The notes beneath the pieces are model-generated. The model did no database searches, was not told where the DNA came from, and saw only the letters and a program-made list of their open reading frames with translations. DNA of 64,000 nucleotides from Synechococcus sp. Lineage in GTDB: Bacteria > Cyanobacteriota > Cyanobacteriia > PCC-6307 > Cyanobiaceae. The DNA lies in assembly GCA_047285535.1 (NCBI GenBank), contig JBJBDC010000001.1, positions 1,952,136-2,016,135 on the forward strand, read 5' to 3'. This document shows positions 63,017 to 64,000 of this stretch, one piece after another (position 1 is the first letter of the stretch; each line of letters starts with the position of its first letter). The position numbers and the translations under genes were made by a program.

Positions 63017-64000
63017 TCAGCTCTCCGCTTCAAATCGAAAGGGTTCATTCGAACTCTCACCGGAGTGCACACGAATCGCCTGAGCCCCCTTGAACCGTTC
63101 TTCCAGCATTTCTGTCGCCAGCGGGTTCTCTACGTGGCGACGCAAGACCCGTCGCAAGGGTCTGGCGCCATATTCCGGCTCAAAACCAAGAGTCGCCAGG
63201 TCATGAGCCACCTCATCATCGATACGCAGCTCGAGACCCTGTTCCGCCAGGAGACGGGTCAGATCGGCGAGCTGCAAACGCACAATCCGCTCCAAATCAT
63301 GCACTCCAAGCGGACGGAAGCGAATGACTTCATCAATGCGGTTCAAGAATTCAGGCCTGAAATGATGGGCAAGCGCATCGTCAACGACGGAATCGAGCGC
63401 CTGCGCGACCTCCGCGTCATCCCCCGATTGGGCTTGCCGTGACGAATCAAGAATGGCCCGACTAGCCAAGTTGCTGGTCATGACCACCACGGTGTGGCGA
63501 AAGTCCACGGTGCGACCTTGGGAATCCGTGAGCCGACCATCGTCGAGAACTTGCAGCAGCACGTTGAACACATCGGGATGTGCTTTCTCAACTTCATCAA
63601 GTAGCAACAACGCATAGGGACGACGCCGAACAGCCTCTGTGAGCTGTCCCCCTTCCTCGTAGCCCACATAACCGGGAGGAGCCCCAAGCAAACGCGCCAC
63701 CGCATTCCGCTCCATGAACTCACTCATATCGAGACGTACGAGTGCCTCTTCCTCATCAAACAAGAGGGCACCAAGCGCTTTAGCCAGCTCCGTCTTGCCC
63801 ACTCCTGTGGGTCCTAAAAACAAAAAGGAGCCCACTGGACGACGAGGATCTTTCATGCCGGCACGGGCACGACGAATCGCAGCCGCTACAGCCTGGACAG
63901 CCTCTGGCTGGCCTATGACCCGCTCTTCGAGACGCTGCTCAAGCTCCAGCAGCTTCTGACGCTCAGCCGCCAGGAGCCGCTGTATCGGAATCCCAGTCCA
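63017..64000 (-). CDS. clpB: ClpB-family AAA+ chaperone, 3' part (runs off the window)
   Basis: [45 protein letters not shown]. Confidence 0.92.
   Translation of the reverse strand, partial: WTGIPIQRLLAAERQKLLELEQRLEERVIGQPEAVQAVAAAIRRARAGMKDPRRPVGSFLFLGPTGVGKTELAKALGALLFDEEEALVRLDMSEFMERNAVARLLGAPPGYVGYEEGGQLTEAVRRRPYALLLLDEVEKAHPDVFNVLLQVLDDGRLTDSQGRTVDFRHTVVVMTSNLASRAILDSSRQAQSGDDAEVAQALDSVVDDALAHHFRPEFLNRIDEVIRFRPLGVHDLERIVRLQLADLTRLLAEQGLELRIDDEVAHDLATLGFEPEYGARPLRRVLRRHVENPLATEMLEERFKGAQAIRVHSGESSNEPFRFEAES

Noticed and set aside
59474..63442. Plus-strand ORFs opposite ribosomal protein, nusG, secE and clpB genes
   Set aside because: Antisense artefacts of conserved genes.

Overview
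This looks like a picocyanobacterial chromosome segment, most like marine Synechococcus, inferred from gene order and protein families rather than a search. The right part (~28.8-64 kb) is core backbone: nadC, mnmE, DUF2062, selO, relA/spoT, ABC ATPase, rluD, rbgA, usp, pgk, murG, cobD, pilMNOQ, pyrD, rnhA, rplL/J/A/K, nusG, secE and a partial clpB. It is interrupted by a LuxR regulator and a 1463-aa CBM2/GH9 glycoside hydrolase that carries an apparently identical ~715-bp internal duplication. The left part (1-~28.7 kb) is an accessory island. Its main feature is a toxin-complex (Tc/ABC toxin) locus with three main parts: a fused TcB-TcC (SpvB/FG-GAP/RHS) gene with a low-GC, hydrophobic, unassigned C-terminal cargo; an overlapping HEAT-repeat gene placed like an immunity gene; and a 3047-aa TcA with an N-terminal peptidoglycan-binding-like domain. 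These are followed by an overlapping lone nucleotidyltransferase and a relic of a second tcA 3' end. This layout suggests a Tc injection machine used as a polymorphic, possibly antibacterial, toxin-immunity system (inference). The rest of the island holds pseudogene debris, amide/lactone hydrolases and small accessory genes. A Yfr2-like sRNA, the L10 leader and a likely L1 operator are visible. No tRNA, rRNA, CRISPR array or intact integrase/transposase was recognised.
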